DNA from: an uncultured Methanosarcinales archaeon
GTDB lineage: Archaea; Nanobdellota; Nanobdellia; Woesearchaeales; GW2011-AR9
Direction of reading: 5' to 3'
NCBI GenBank assembly: GCA_964405725.1
Contig: CAYOOY010000003.1
Span: forward strand, 1-38,756
DNA: 38,756 bases
Shown here: in pieces, positions 25,152 through 33,810 of the stretch
How positions within the stretch are numbered: position 1 is the stretch's first letter
How the letters are laid out: the number at the start of each line of letters is the position of its first letter
The notes under the pieces: generated by a model
What the model was told of the DNA's origin: nothing
The model's input: the letters and a program-made list of their open reading frames with translations, nothing else
Database searches by the model: none
Program-made: the position numbers and the translations under genes

Positions 25152-26083
25152 TTGTTGTTTCCTCGTGCAAAACAAAGTATACTTGCTAGTTCATCTTTGT
25201 AGAAATCTTCAAACATACGGGCAAATCTTTGCGGCGTTGCCACATCTTCAACAACTCCCAACTCTTCAGCACGACACATAAACATACCATCAATGATTGC
25301 TTTATCCGTTCTTGTATAAAATGTCTCACACATATTTCCTTCATTATATTTCTCTAACGATGTATCTAAAGGTAATCGATCCGTATTCCAATCTGTAGGA
25401 AGATCTTCTTCTCTCTCATAGAAAAAAGCTAACCTACACCGAAGGAATTCTTTGGGAGATAACGTAAATCCTAATTCTGCAGATTTAGCTTGGTATCCAG
25501 AATCACCATAATGTGCAACCATGTCTTTATACCAACTAAGAGCAGAAGGAACAAAACACCGATCTGCTCCTCTATGTGCCTTAGCTTCTCGATCAATTAA
25601 TTCTTCTCCCAAATAGGGAAAATCATGCGTATCAACAATTTCTTTTAATTTACCAATTCTCTCATTTGAAATATCAACACCACGAGATTGAAGTAAGCCA
25701 AGAGTGGAATAAAGCATTATACCACCAATTTCCATATGTTTCCAGCGTTTATCTGCATTTTCCCAATCAGCACCATCGGTAGTTGGGGCTATTTTCATTA
25801 ACGAATTTCCTGCATCATGTAACAATGCTGCATAAACTAAATCTCTATTAAATCCTTCTTCTCGACATATTGCAATCATAGAAGCTGGAACAATAACATT
25901 ATGAGAAGGTCGATACCATGCGCCCTCTTGGAATCCTAGATTTTGTACATAGTGATGAACATCCCGTTCTGCTGCATTTAGCATCCCACGAAGAGATAGA
26001 TCAATAGTTGGTTGATGGCCTTTTGCAACTTCTTTCATCAAATTTACGCATTCTGCGCGGTTTTCGGGACTATCAAATAACAT
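25148..26083 (-). CDS. HD-domain metal-dependent phosphohydrolase superfamily protein
   Basis: The ORF-track entry is trimmed to ATG 26083-26081 (MLFDSPENR). The HD pattern is SHNVIV-(about 29 aa)-ALLHDAGN ... KHMEIGG ... VDTHDFPY. Confidence 0.65.
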   Translation of the reverse strand: MLFDSPENRAECVNLMKEVAKGHQPTIDLSLRGMLNAAERDVHHYVQNLGFQEGAWYRPSHNVIVPASMIAICREEGFNRDLVYAALLHDAGNSLMKIAPTTDGADWENADKRWKHMEIGGIMLYSTLGLLQSRGVDISNERIGKLKEIVDTHDFPYLGEELIDREAKAHRGADRCFVPSALSWYKDMVAHYGDSGYQAKSAELGFTLSPKEFLRCRLAFFYEREEDLPTDWNTDRLPLDTSLEKYNEGNMCETFYTRTDKAIIDGMFMCRAEELGVVEDVATPQRFARMFEDFYKDELASILCFARGNNK

Positions 26084-26199
26084 AAGCGATTTTGTCCGTA
26101 GATACTTTAAAAATATTCTGAAAAAGAAGATTTCACACACAATCTTAAGTTTAACAACACTTAAAAACAAATTTTTACCCAAATGATTCAGATTTCCAC

Positions 26200-27696
26200 A
26201 TGGATTCAAACAAAATAAAAGAGATAGTACAAAAGTTTTCTCACAAAAAAATAGCAGTTATTGGAGATTATTACTTAGATGAATATTTTCATTGTAATGC
26301 AAAATCATTTTCGCCAGAAGCGCCAGTACCAAGAGCTATAGTAAATAAAATCGAACATGTTCCTGGCTGTGCTGGAAATGTTGCAATGGCATTCAAACAT
26401 CTAGGTGCACATGTGTTTGCAATTGGCGTTGTTGGTCCAGACGAAAAAGGGCATATATTACGTAATGCACTTATCAATTCTTCAATCAATACCACAAATT
26501 TAGTAGTAGATAGTGAAAGACTAACTGGTACATTTAGTAGAATCATTCTTGGCTCAGCTACCGACACATTAAACCAACATTTTATTCGTTTTGATCAAGA
26601 AAACAAAGCAGGAATTAGCCAGAACACACAACAAAAAATAATGGATCAATTACAATCATGTATTCAAAAAGTGGATCTCATTTTCATTGCAGATTACGAT
26701 GAAGCAAATAAACAAGGAATTGTTACAAATAATATGATTGAAAAAATAACCAATCTTGCAAAACAACACGCAGTCCCAACCATGGGATTATCACGTGAGA
26801 ATATCCATACATTTTCAAACGCTGATACCCTTCTTTGCAATAAAAAAGAACTCAAATCAGCAACAAATATGCCAACCAATTCAGAAGATGAATTAATACA
26901 AGCAGCAAAACAACTTTTACTGAAAACAAACAGCTCAGAAATTGTGACAACATTGGGAAAAGAAGGAATGATGGTTTTAGACAAATCACATAATTATGAG
27001 TTTCTTCCAAGTGTAGCGAAAACTGTAGTTGATGTGTGTGGAGCTGGTGATGCTCTTAGTGCTATGTATGGCCTTTGTTCAACATTACAGCTACAAACAG
27101 TCACAAAAGGAACATTAGCAAGTTATGCTGCTGCTATTGCAATTTCAAAAATGGGAACAGCATCAGTCACACATGATGAGATTATAGATCTTGCAGCAGA
27201 ACAGAATCCTGAATCTTCAAAAATAATACTTGACCTACAAGAATTAACCAATAAAGTGTTACGTTATAAACAAGAAGGGAAAAAAATAGTATTTACAAAT
27301 GGATTTTTTGATGTATTTCATTCAGGCCATGTTCATTTATTACAAGAAGCACGAAAACACGGGGATATTTTAATTGTCGCAATTAACAGCGATAGATCAA
27401 CTAAAGAAAACAAGGGAGAACATAGACCTTTTCTATCACAAGATGAGCGATTAAAGATACTTTCTTCACTTGATTGTTTGGACCATGCAATAGTATTTGA
27501 CGAGTTAACACCTGTGAAAATAATTTCTTCCCTGCAACCAGATATTGTAGCTAAAGGTGGAAATTTTTCAGTTGATCAAGTAATAGGAAAAGATATAATT
27601 GAAAAGTATGGTGGGATAATAAAAATAATTCCTCTAAATGAGACAACTAATACTAAATCACTTCTTGAAAGAATTAGTTCAGCAAAAGAATTATAG
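26200..27696 (+). CDS. hldE: Bifunctional D-glycero-beta-D-manno-heptose-7-phosphate kinase / heptose-1-phosphate adenylyltransferase (HldE/RfaE-like)
   Basis: 498 aa. The N-terminal PfkB kinase domain matches HldE motifs (IGDYYLDEY, SPEAPVP, PGCAGNVA, DVCGAGDA). The C-terminal cytidylyltransferase fold is FTNGFFDVFHSGHVHLLQEARKHGDILIVAINSD. Confidence 0.85.
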   Translation: MDSNKIKEIVQKFSHKKIAVIGDYYLDEYFHCNAKSFSPEAPVPRAIVNKIEHVPGCAGNVAMAFKHLGAHVFAIGVVGPDEKGHILRNALINSSINTTNLVVDSERLTGTFSRIILGSATDTLNQHFIRFDQENKAGISQNTQQKIMDQLQSCIQKVDLIFIADYDEANKQGIVTNNMIEKITNLAKQHAVPTMGLSRENIHTFSNADTLLCNKKELKSATNMPTNSEDELIQAAKQLLLKTNSSEIVTTLGKEGMMVLDKSHNYEFLPSVAKTVVDVCGAGDALSAMYGLCSTLQLQTVTKGTLASYAAAIAISKMGTASVTHDEIIDLAAEQNPESSKIILDLQELTNKVLRYKQEGKKIVFTNGFFDVFHSGHVHLLQEARKHGDILIVAINSDRSTKENKGEHRPFLSQDERLKILSSLDCLDHAIVFDELTPVKIISSLQPDIVAKGGNFSVDQVIGKDIIEKYGGIIKIIPLNETTNTKSLLERISSAKEL

Positions 27697-27710
27697 TAAA
27701 TAAGAGAAAT

Positions 27711-30335
27711 ATGAAAACAAAAGATAGAGATCCTCAATCACATTTCGCCATAGTAGATAGTTTTCTAAAACAAGCCGATCTTGATCAAGAAGAATATTTA
27801 GTCTTAACTAACGAACTAAAAAGATATCTTGATTTAAAATTAAATAGAGGGTTTATTCATCCAATGATCACTAAATTCTCAACAGATTGGTATCGTGAAT
27901 TCTATAGATTAATTGGATTTAAAGATCCGTATAAAAAATTAAAAGATCTCTCGAATGAAAAAGCAGGTGCCATTTTACCAACATTAACTGTAAATTCGTT
28001 TGAAGAAGCAGTGAAATTAAGTGTAGCTGGTAATATCTTAGATTATGGATCTGTTCTTGTTTTGAATCCAGAATTATACAATATTGCACATGAGATAACA
28101 CAATTCAAAAATTTATCTCTTTCAATAGATGACATAGAAAAACTTCAAGATGACATAAAAAATGCGAAAACTATTTTATTTCTGCCAGACAATGCAGGTG
28201 AATGTATTTTTGACATACCCCTATTAGAATACATAAACAAACATCTTCCCTCATATCGAGTATTTATTGGTGCTAAATCATCGCCAATGCTTAACGATGT
28301 TACATCTCAAGAATTACGTGATTTAGGATTTGACAAATATGGTACAATTATTCCAACCGGATCAAATGGGTTTGGCCTTCATGAAGAAGACACATCATTT
28401 GAGTTTAAAAGAATCTTACATGATGTAGATTTAATCATAGCAAAGGGTCAAGCATATATGGAATTTTTTACAGAATACAATTTTAAAAATGCATACAACC
28501 TTACTCGAGTAAAATATCCAATCATCAATGCAGCACTTGGAACATTAGATTATCATCAAAATGTAGTAGTATCATCAAACCGATATGCACATACTGGTAA
28601 AGCATACAAATTTGGTTCTCTTCATCCAAAAATTATTGAAAAAGAAAAATTGGCAGATGTAATAAAATCATTACGTTCGCAAGGAAAATCAATTGTAACT
28701 GCAAATGGCTCATTTGACATCCTTCATGTTGGACACATTCGTACATTTGAAAACGCAAAAAGGCAAGGAGATGTCCTTATAGTTGGGCTTAACAGTGATA
28801 GTTCAATACGACAATATAAATCACCTTATCGACCAATTAACCCTGAGCAACATCGAGCAGAATTTCTTGCATCGTTACATTCAATTGATTACGTGACCAT
28901 TTTTGATGAAACTGATCCTATTGCATTACTTTCATTAATTAAACCAGATGTCCATTGTAATGGTTCTGAATATGGAGAAAAATGTATTGAAGCAGAAACT
29001 GTAAAAGAATATGGTGGAAGAATCCATATCATGCCACCAATTGATGGTTTTTCAACAAGTGCAATGATTAACAAATGTGTAAAAGTACGCCAACTAGAAG
29101 AAAAATTGCACGAGCAAAGTGGTGAACATACCCCTCCCACAAAATTTGACATTAAAACAATGAGGGATAGCATTCTTTCAACGATCAAATCACAATCAGG
29201 AATTTTATTTGCAAAACCCGCATTAGTTCATCGTGAAGCATATTGTGGGAGAGGAATAATTGCAAAGAACACTAAGTTCGAACCATCCTACACTGATGAT
29301 AGAGGTTATTTACCAGTTGAATGGTGGGTTATGTCAACGATTCAAGCCGAAAATGAAATAAACAAACCTCTTGAAGGGATCACACACGTGTTAATTGAAG
29401 GGGTACCAACTCCATTAACTAAAGTACTTCAATATGTTCAAAAAGAAATTTTTGGGGAGTTTCAAGATTCATGGCCTCTAACAAAAATATTAGATATTGG
29501 TGGAGAGCCAGTTACACCTTCATTTTCAAAGACACGTGAAGTTCCCCCAATTCCAGTCCATGTCCATCCAGGGTATGTTCAAAATGGAAAAATAATTCCA
29601 CCAGGAAAAACAGAAGCATATTTCTTTCCACCGGTTGACATAGCTCCTTACAACCAAAACTTTGGACCAACAATTACTCGTCTTGGACTAAAACCAGATA
29701 TAACAAAAGAAGAATTTATTGATGCACTTGAGAAATATGGAAAAGATGATTCAATGTATTCAATATGTAACACGTACGATATCAAAGCAAATGATGGATG
29801 GACAATTCCATCAGGCATTGTTCATGCTCCTGGGCCATGGATAACATTTGAAATTCAACGACCACAAGATGATTTCCATTTACTTTCATGGCAATTAGGA
29901 TCCAGGTTGGATAACGAAACAAAACAAGAGCATACAAAAAGAATGCAGCTTCGCGGTCTTGCTAATTATCAAGATCTTGTAGATCAAGCAATAGATTGGA
30001 AAACGTCAACCGACCCACAATTTAAAAATAAATTTTATAGACCAAGTACAATAATTTCTACGGGTGATTGGGGAACAAGATCACAAATATTTTTTGATAT
30101 GTTCTATGGTGAAGCAATAGAGATGAACCCTAATTCGCAGATCACACTCCCCATATCCAATCAACCATACGCAGGAATTGTGTGGTCTGGAAAGGGATTA
30201 ATTAACAACAATCGTTTGGATGTAGATAACGAATTAGCTAAAGAATTTTTAATTACACCAAATACTGAGGTAACAATACAAAATGAAGAAAATAAAAAAT
30301 TACTTATTTACACAGTCTACCCACAAAGAAAATGA
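27711..30335 (+). CDS. Tri-domain protein: DUF89/ARMT1-type phosphatase, RfaE-II-like nucleotidyltransferase and type-I phosphomannose-isomerase-like cupin
   Basis: 874 aa.
- aa 1-~295: DUF89 motifs (LPDNAGECIFD, IAKGQAYMEFF).
- aa ~305-460: TANGSFDILHVGHIRTFENAKRQGDVLIVGLNSD and EYGGRIHIMP.
- aa ~480-874: PMI-like motifs (LTKILDIGG, PVHVHPGY, GKTEAYFF, IPSGIVHAPGPWITFEIQRPQDD). Confidence 0.7.
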   Translation: MKTKDRDPQSHFAIVDSFLKQADLDQEEYLVLTNELKRYLDLKLNRGFIHPMITKFSTDWYREFYRLIGFKDPYKKLKDLSNEKAGAILPTLTVNSFEEAVKLSVAGNILDYGSVLVLNPELYNIAHEITQFKNLSLSIDDIEKLQDDIKNAKTILFLPDNAGECIFDIPLLEYINKHLPSYRVFIGAKSSPMLNDVTSQELRDLGFDKYGTIIPTGSNGFGLHEEDTSFEFKRILHDVDLIIAKGQAYMEFFTEYNFKNAYNLTRVKYPIINAALGTLDYHQNVVVSSNRYAHTGKAYKFGSLHPKIIEKEKLADVIKSLRSQGKSIVTANGSFDILHVGHIRTFENAKRQGDVLIVGLNSDSSIRQYKSPYRPINPEQHRAEFLASLHSIDYVTIFDETDPIALLSLIKPDVHCNGSEYGEKCIEAETVKEYGGRIHIMPPIDGFSTSAMINKCVKVRQLEEKLHEQSGEHTPPTKFDIKTMRDSILSTIKSQSGILFAKPALVHREAYCGRGIIAKNTKFEPSYTDDRGYLPVEWWVMSTIQAENEINKPLEGITHVLIEGVPTPLTKVLQYVQKEIFGEFQDSWPLTKILDIGGEPVTPSFSKTREVPPIPVHVHPGYVQNGKIIPPGKTEAYFFPPVDIAPYNQNFGPTITRLGLKPDITKEEFIDALEKYGKDDSMYSICNTYDIKANDGWTIPSGIVHAPGPWITFEIQRPQDDFHLLSWQLGSRLDNETKQEHTKRMQLRGLANYQDLVDQAIDWKTSTDPQFKNKFYRPSTIISTGDWGTRSQIFFDMFYGEAIEMNPNSQITLPISNQPYAGIVWSGKGLINNNRLDVDNELAKEFLITPNTEVTIQNEENKKLLIYTVYPQRK

Positions 30336-30351
30336 ACAGATAAAACACAAT

Positions 30352-31269
30352 ATGTATTCAAAAATAGTTGTAACTGGTGGAGCAGGTTTCATAGGATCTA
30401 ATCTAGCAATAGCTCTGCAAGAGAAATATCCCGAAACAAAAATAGTTGTGTTAGATAACTTTCTAGTAGGTCATTTCAAAAATTTACGAAAATTCAAAGG
30501 ACAAGTTATAGCAGCCGACATTCTACATTTTGATTGGAATAGTCTTGGCAAAGTTGATGCAATATTTCATGAAGCAGCAATCACAGATACTACAGTCATG
30601 GATCAAAAACATATGATTAATGTGAATACAAACGCGTTTGAGAGATTACTTCATCATTGTCTAAAAAATAAAATAAAATTAATTTATGCAAGTTCAGCAG
30701 CAACATATGGTAATACTGCTCCTCCAATGATTGAGTGGAAAAACCAGGAACCCGCCAATATTTATGGATATTCTAAATTATTGATGGATCAACGCGTAAA
30801 AGAAATCCTTGATAACTCACCTGACGCTGAAATTGTAGGATTACGCTATTTCAATGTCTACGGACCACACGAACAATTTAAAGGTAAAATGGCTTCGATG
30901 ATTTGGCAATTATATGGACAAATGAAAGAAGGGAAAAAACCAAGGATTTTCAAACACGGAGAACAAAAAAGAGATTTCGTCTACATTAAAGATGTTGTAC
31001 ACGCAAATTTATGCGCGCTTGATGGCTCTTCGGGAATATTTAATGTAGGGGCCGGTAGAGCCGAAGATTTTAATACAATCATAGCTGAATTAAATAAAAA
31101 TATGGAATTAAAATTAAAAACAGAATACATTGATAACCCATATGATTTCTTTCAAGACCACACTTTGGCTGATTTATCTGAAGCTGCAATGTGGGGTTAT
31201 GCTCCAAGTTTTAATCTTGAAACAGGAATAAAAGATTACGTTGATTGGATAAAACGCGAAGGATTGTAA
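30352..31269 (+). CDS. hldD: ADP-L-glycero-D-manno-heptose 6-epimerase (HldD/RfaD-like SDR)
   Basis: The start is set at ATG 30352 (MYSKIVVTGGAGFIGSNLA), downstream of the preceding stop. Contains YGYSK (YxxxK), LRYFNVYGPHE and KRDFVYIKDV, with an HldD-like C-terminus. Confidence 0.8.
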   Translation: MYSKIVVTGGAGFIGSNLAIALQEKYPETKIVVLDNFLVGHFKNLRKFKGQVIAADILHFDWNSLGKVDAIFHEAAITDTTVMDQKHMINVNTNAFERLLHHCLKNKIKLIYASSAATYGNTAPPMIEWKNQEPANIYGYSKLLMDQRVKEILDNSPDAEIVGLRYFNVYGPHEQFKGKMASMIWQLYGQMKEGKKPRIFKHGEQKRDFVYIKDVVHANLCALDGSSGIFNVGAGRAEDFNTIIAELNKNMELKLKTEYIDNPYDFFQDHTLADLSEAAMWGYAPSFNLETGIKDYVDWIKREGL

Positions 31270-31270
31270 A

Positions 31271-31294
31271 CTGAATACAAGACTGAATACAAGA
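31271..31294. repeat. Perfect tandem duplication of a 12-nt unit (ctgaatacaaga x2) in the hldD-GT9 spacer
   Basis: Read directly: 31271-31282 and 31283-31294 are identical. Confidence 0.9.
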
Positions 31295-31304
31295 GATTGC
31301 AAGA

Positions 31305-32330
31305 ATGAAACCCACCAAAATTCTTTTCTTCAAAATAGGTGCAATTGGAGACACGTTAATGAGCACCCCACTTGTTCGTCAAGTAAAACGACAAATACCA
31401 GATGCAACTATGCATTATTTGGTTGGAAAACATTCAGCACCCATTCTTAAGAGAAACCCTCATCTTGACAAAATAATTCCATTTAATGAAGAAATATTTA
31501 CAAAAAGACAAATCACAAAAGTAATGCAAATGGTTTCGTATGTACGAAAACAGAAGTATGATATTGCATTTGTGCTAGATAAACATTGGATTTTTAATTT
31601 AACTGCAAAATTAAGTGGCATTCCAAAACGAATTGGGTTTGATCGATTAGGAAAAGAAGGACAATTTCTAACACATAAGGTGTATTATGGAAAAATTCGC
31701 CACGATGTTCGCTACTACCTTGATTTAGCTCGCGAGGCAAATATGCAAGTTCGTTATTTCGATCATCAAATGGAAGTTAATTTATCTCTTAATGATCTTG
31801 CATATGCGAGTGCTTTTTGGCAAGAAAATGGATTAGATGATAATGTAATTGGCATTTGTCCGGGTGGTGGGAAAAATCCAGGACAAGTACTTGAAGATAA
31901 AATTTGGCCAATTGAAAAATATACCCAATTAATTGATGAACTTCTCAAAAGAAATCATGACATCCTTTTGCTTGGCGGACCAACCGATAAAGCAAAAGAA
32001 ATTGCGATTAGACAAAAGCATAAAAACATTTCATCTGCAATTGGGAAATCAAATTTGCATCAAAGTGCTGCATTAATGCGGCGTTGTTCATTAGTTATCT
32101 GTAATGATTCCGGCCCAATGCATTTAGCAGCCTGCGTAAATAAACGCGTGATTGGCATTTTTGGACCAGTTCATCCAGAACGAAAAGCCCCCCTTTGGCC
32201 AGAATCGTCATATGTATGGAAAGCTAAGGATATATACGACCCCGATGCTGAAACATACGGAACATTTACAAAACAAGATTATTTAGGAAGGGTCTCTGTT
32301 GAAGATATTCTAAAACTAGTTGAACAATAG
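31305..32330 (+). CDS. Family 9 glycosyltransferase (ADP-heptose-dependent heptosyltransferase-like)
   Basis: 341 aa. KILFFKIGAIGDTLMSTPLVRQVKRQIPDA (GT9 N-terminal motif), ICPGGGKNP and CNDSGPMHLAAC. Confidence 0.8.
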   Translation: MKPTKILFFKIGAIGDTLMSTPLVRQVKRQIPDATMHYLVGKHSAPILKRNPHLDKIIPFNEEIFTKRQITKVMQMVSYVRKQKYDIAFVLDKHWIFNLTAKLSGIPKRIGFDRLGKEGQFLTHKVYYGKIRHDVRYYLDLAREANMQVRYFDHQMEVNLSLNDLAYASAFWQENGLDDNVIGICPGGGKNPGQVLEDKIWPIEKYTQLIDELLKRNHDILLLGGPTDKAKEIAIRQKHKNISSAIGKSNLHQSAALMRRCSLVICNDSGPMHLAACVNKRVIGIFGPVHPERKAPLWPESSYVWKAKDIYDPDAETYGTFTKQDYLGRVSVEDILKLVEQ

Positions 32331-32377
32331 ATTACCCACCCAAAAAACTTATAATCCCGCTACTTGGTTAGACACAT

Positions 32378-33010
32378 ATGATTATTATTGTTGATTATGG
32401 TATGGGGAACCTTCATTCCGTTCACAAAGCATTCGAATTAATGGGAGCTGATGTTACACTCTCTTCTAGAAAGGAAGATTTAGAGAATGCGTCTGGAATT
32501 GTGCTTCCTGGAGTTGGAGCATTTGGTCAAGGGATGCACAATCTTGCTAAACTAGATTTAATTGATACAATAAAAGAACAAATTTTGATCAAGAATAAAC
32601 CATTTTTAGGTATTTGCTTAGGTATGCAATTATTAGCAACAAAGAGTGAAGAATTTGGTAACCATCAAGGACTCAATATAATCCCCACAACAATCACTAA
32701 ATTCCCTTCATCGGATGACCTTAGAATCCCACACGTGGGATGGAACAACATTACAATAATCAAAGATAATCCTCTTCTACAAGGAATAAAGCAAGATACA
32801 GATGTATATTTTGTTCATAGTTTTTGCATGAAAGCAAACGATGAAAATTTCCCAATTGCGACATGCACGTATGGAGACACATTTACAGCAGCATTGCAAA
32901 AAGGAAATATTTTTGGCACACAGTTTCATCCTGAGAAAAGCCAAGATACTGGGTTACAAATCATTGAAAATTTTGCTTCATATGTCAATGAACAAAAAGA
33001 TAAAACCTAA
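32378..33010 (+). CDS. hisH: HisH-like glutamine amidotransferase (glycan-cluster paralog, WbuY/PseA-partner type)
   Basis: 210 aa. IIIVDYGMGNLHSV, FLGICLGMQLL (catalytic Cys), HVGWN, FGTQFHPEKS. Confidence 0.85.
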   Translation: MIIIVDYGMGNLHSVHKAFELMGADVTLSSRKEDLENASGIVLPGVGAFGQGMHNLAKLDLIDTIKEQILIKNKPFLGICLGMQLLATKSEEFGNHQGLNIIPTTITKFPSSDDLRIPHVGWNNITIIKDNPLLQGIKQDTDVYFVHSFCMKANDENFPIATCTYGDTFTAALQKGNIFGTQFHPEKSQDTGLQIIENFASYVNEQKDKT

Positions 33011-33031
33011 ACCAAATTATAAAAATTAAAA

Positions 33032-33796
33032 ATGTTAAAAACTCGGCTTATTCCAATTTTATTGCTTAAAAAAGGACGTATGGTAAAAACAAAGCAATTT
33101 TCTTCACTTCGGGACGTTGGGGACCCAATTACTTCAGCGAAAATATATAATTATCAAACTGTTGATGAATTAGTTTTTCTTGATATTGAAAAGGGAGAAC
33201 ACAATCAACAAATTCTATACGATATAATTAGTAAAGTTGCAGAAGAATGTTTTATGCCATTAACTGTTGGAGGAGGTATTCGAACTATTCAAGACATTAG
33301 ACAAATTCTGTCAGCCGGAGCAGATAAAGTTTCTATTAATACTGCTGCAATAGAAAACCCTGATTTCATTAAAGAGGCAGTCAATATATTTGGATCATCC
33401 ACAATTGTAATTTCAATTGATGTAAAAAAAGAAGAAGGAAGTGAAGAGTACAAAGTATATGTTGGAAATGGCAAAATGTCAACTTCTCTTAATCCAGTTG
33501 ATCTTGCAAAGAGAGTTGAAAAATTAGGTGTTGGTGAAATTCTTATTACTTCAATTGATCAAGAAGGAACAATGGAAGGATATGATATAAATCTTATTAA
33601 ATCAATCAGTGAAGCTGTATCAATCCCAGTTATTGCACACGGGGGAGCCGGAAAACTGGATGATTTTCGCAGTGCAATCATTGAAGGAGGAGCCACCGCC
33701 ATTGCTGCAGCAAGTATTTTTCACTTTACCGATCAAAGCCCAATAAAGGCACGAAGTTACCTACAGTACCACAACATTAATGTAAGAAAAGAATAA
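33032..33796 (+). CDS. hisF: HisF-like cyclase subunit (glycan-cluster paralog, WbuZ type)
   Basis: 254 aa. RLIPILLLKKGRMVKTKQF, DELVFLDI, GGGIRT, ADKVSINTAA, GEILITSIDQEGTMEGYD, GGAG. Confidence 0.85.
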   Translation: MLKTRLIPILLLKKGRMVKTKQFSSLRDVGDPITSAKIYNYQTVDELVFLDIEKGEHNQQILYDIISKVAEECFMPLTVGGGIRTIQDIRQILSAGADKVSINTAAIENPDFIKEAVNIFGSSTIVISIDVKKEEGSEEYKVYVGNGKMSTSLNPVDLAKRVEKLGVGEILITSIDQEGTMEGYDINLIKSISEAVSIPVIAHGGAGKLDDFRSAIIEGGATAIAAASIFHFTDQSPIKARSYLQYHNINVRKE

Positions 33797-33810
33797 AAGA
33801 GGCCACATAA

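Noticed and set aside
24231-26083. Possible GC-content island marking the HD pair as recently transferred DNA
   Set aside because: Hand counts of 60-nt samples gave roughly 35-40% GC here. Elsewhere they ranged from about 28% (membrane-protein gene) to about 47% (secD), so local variation is too large to support a compositional-island claim without a proper sliding-window calculation.
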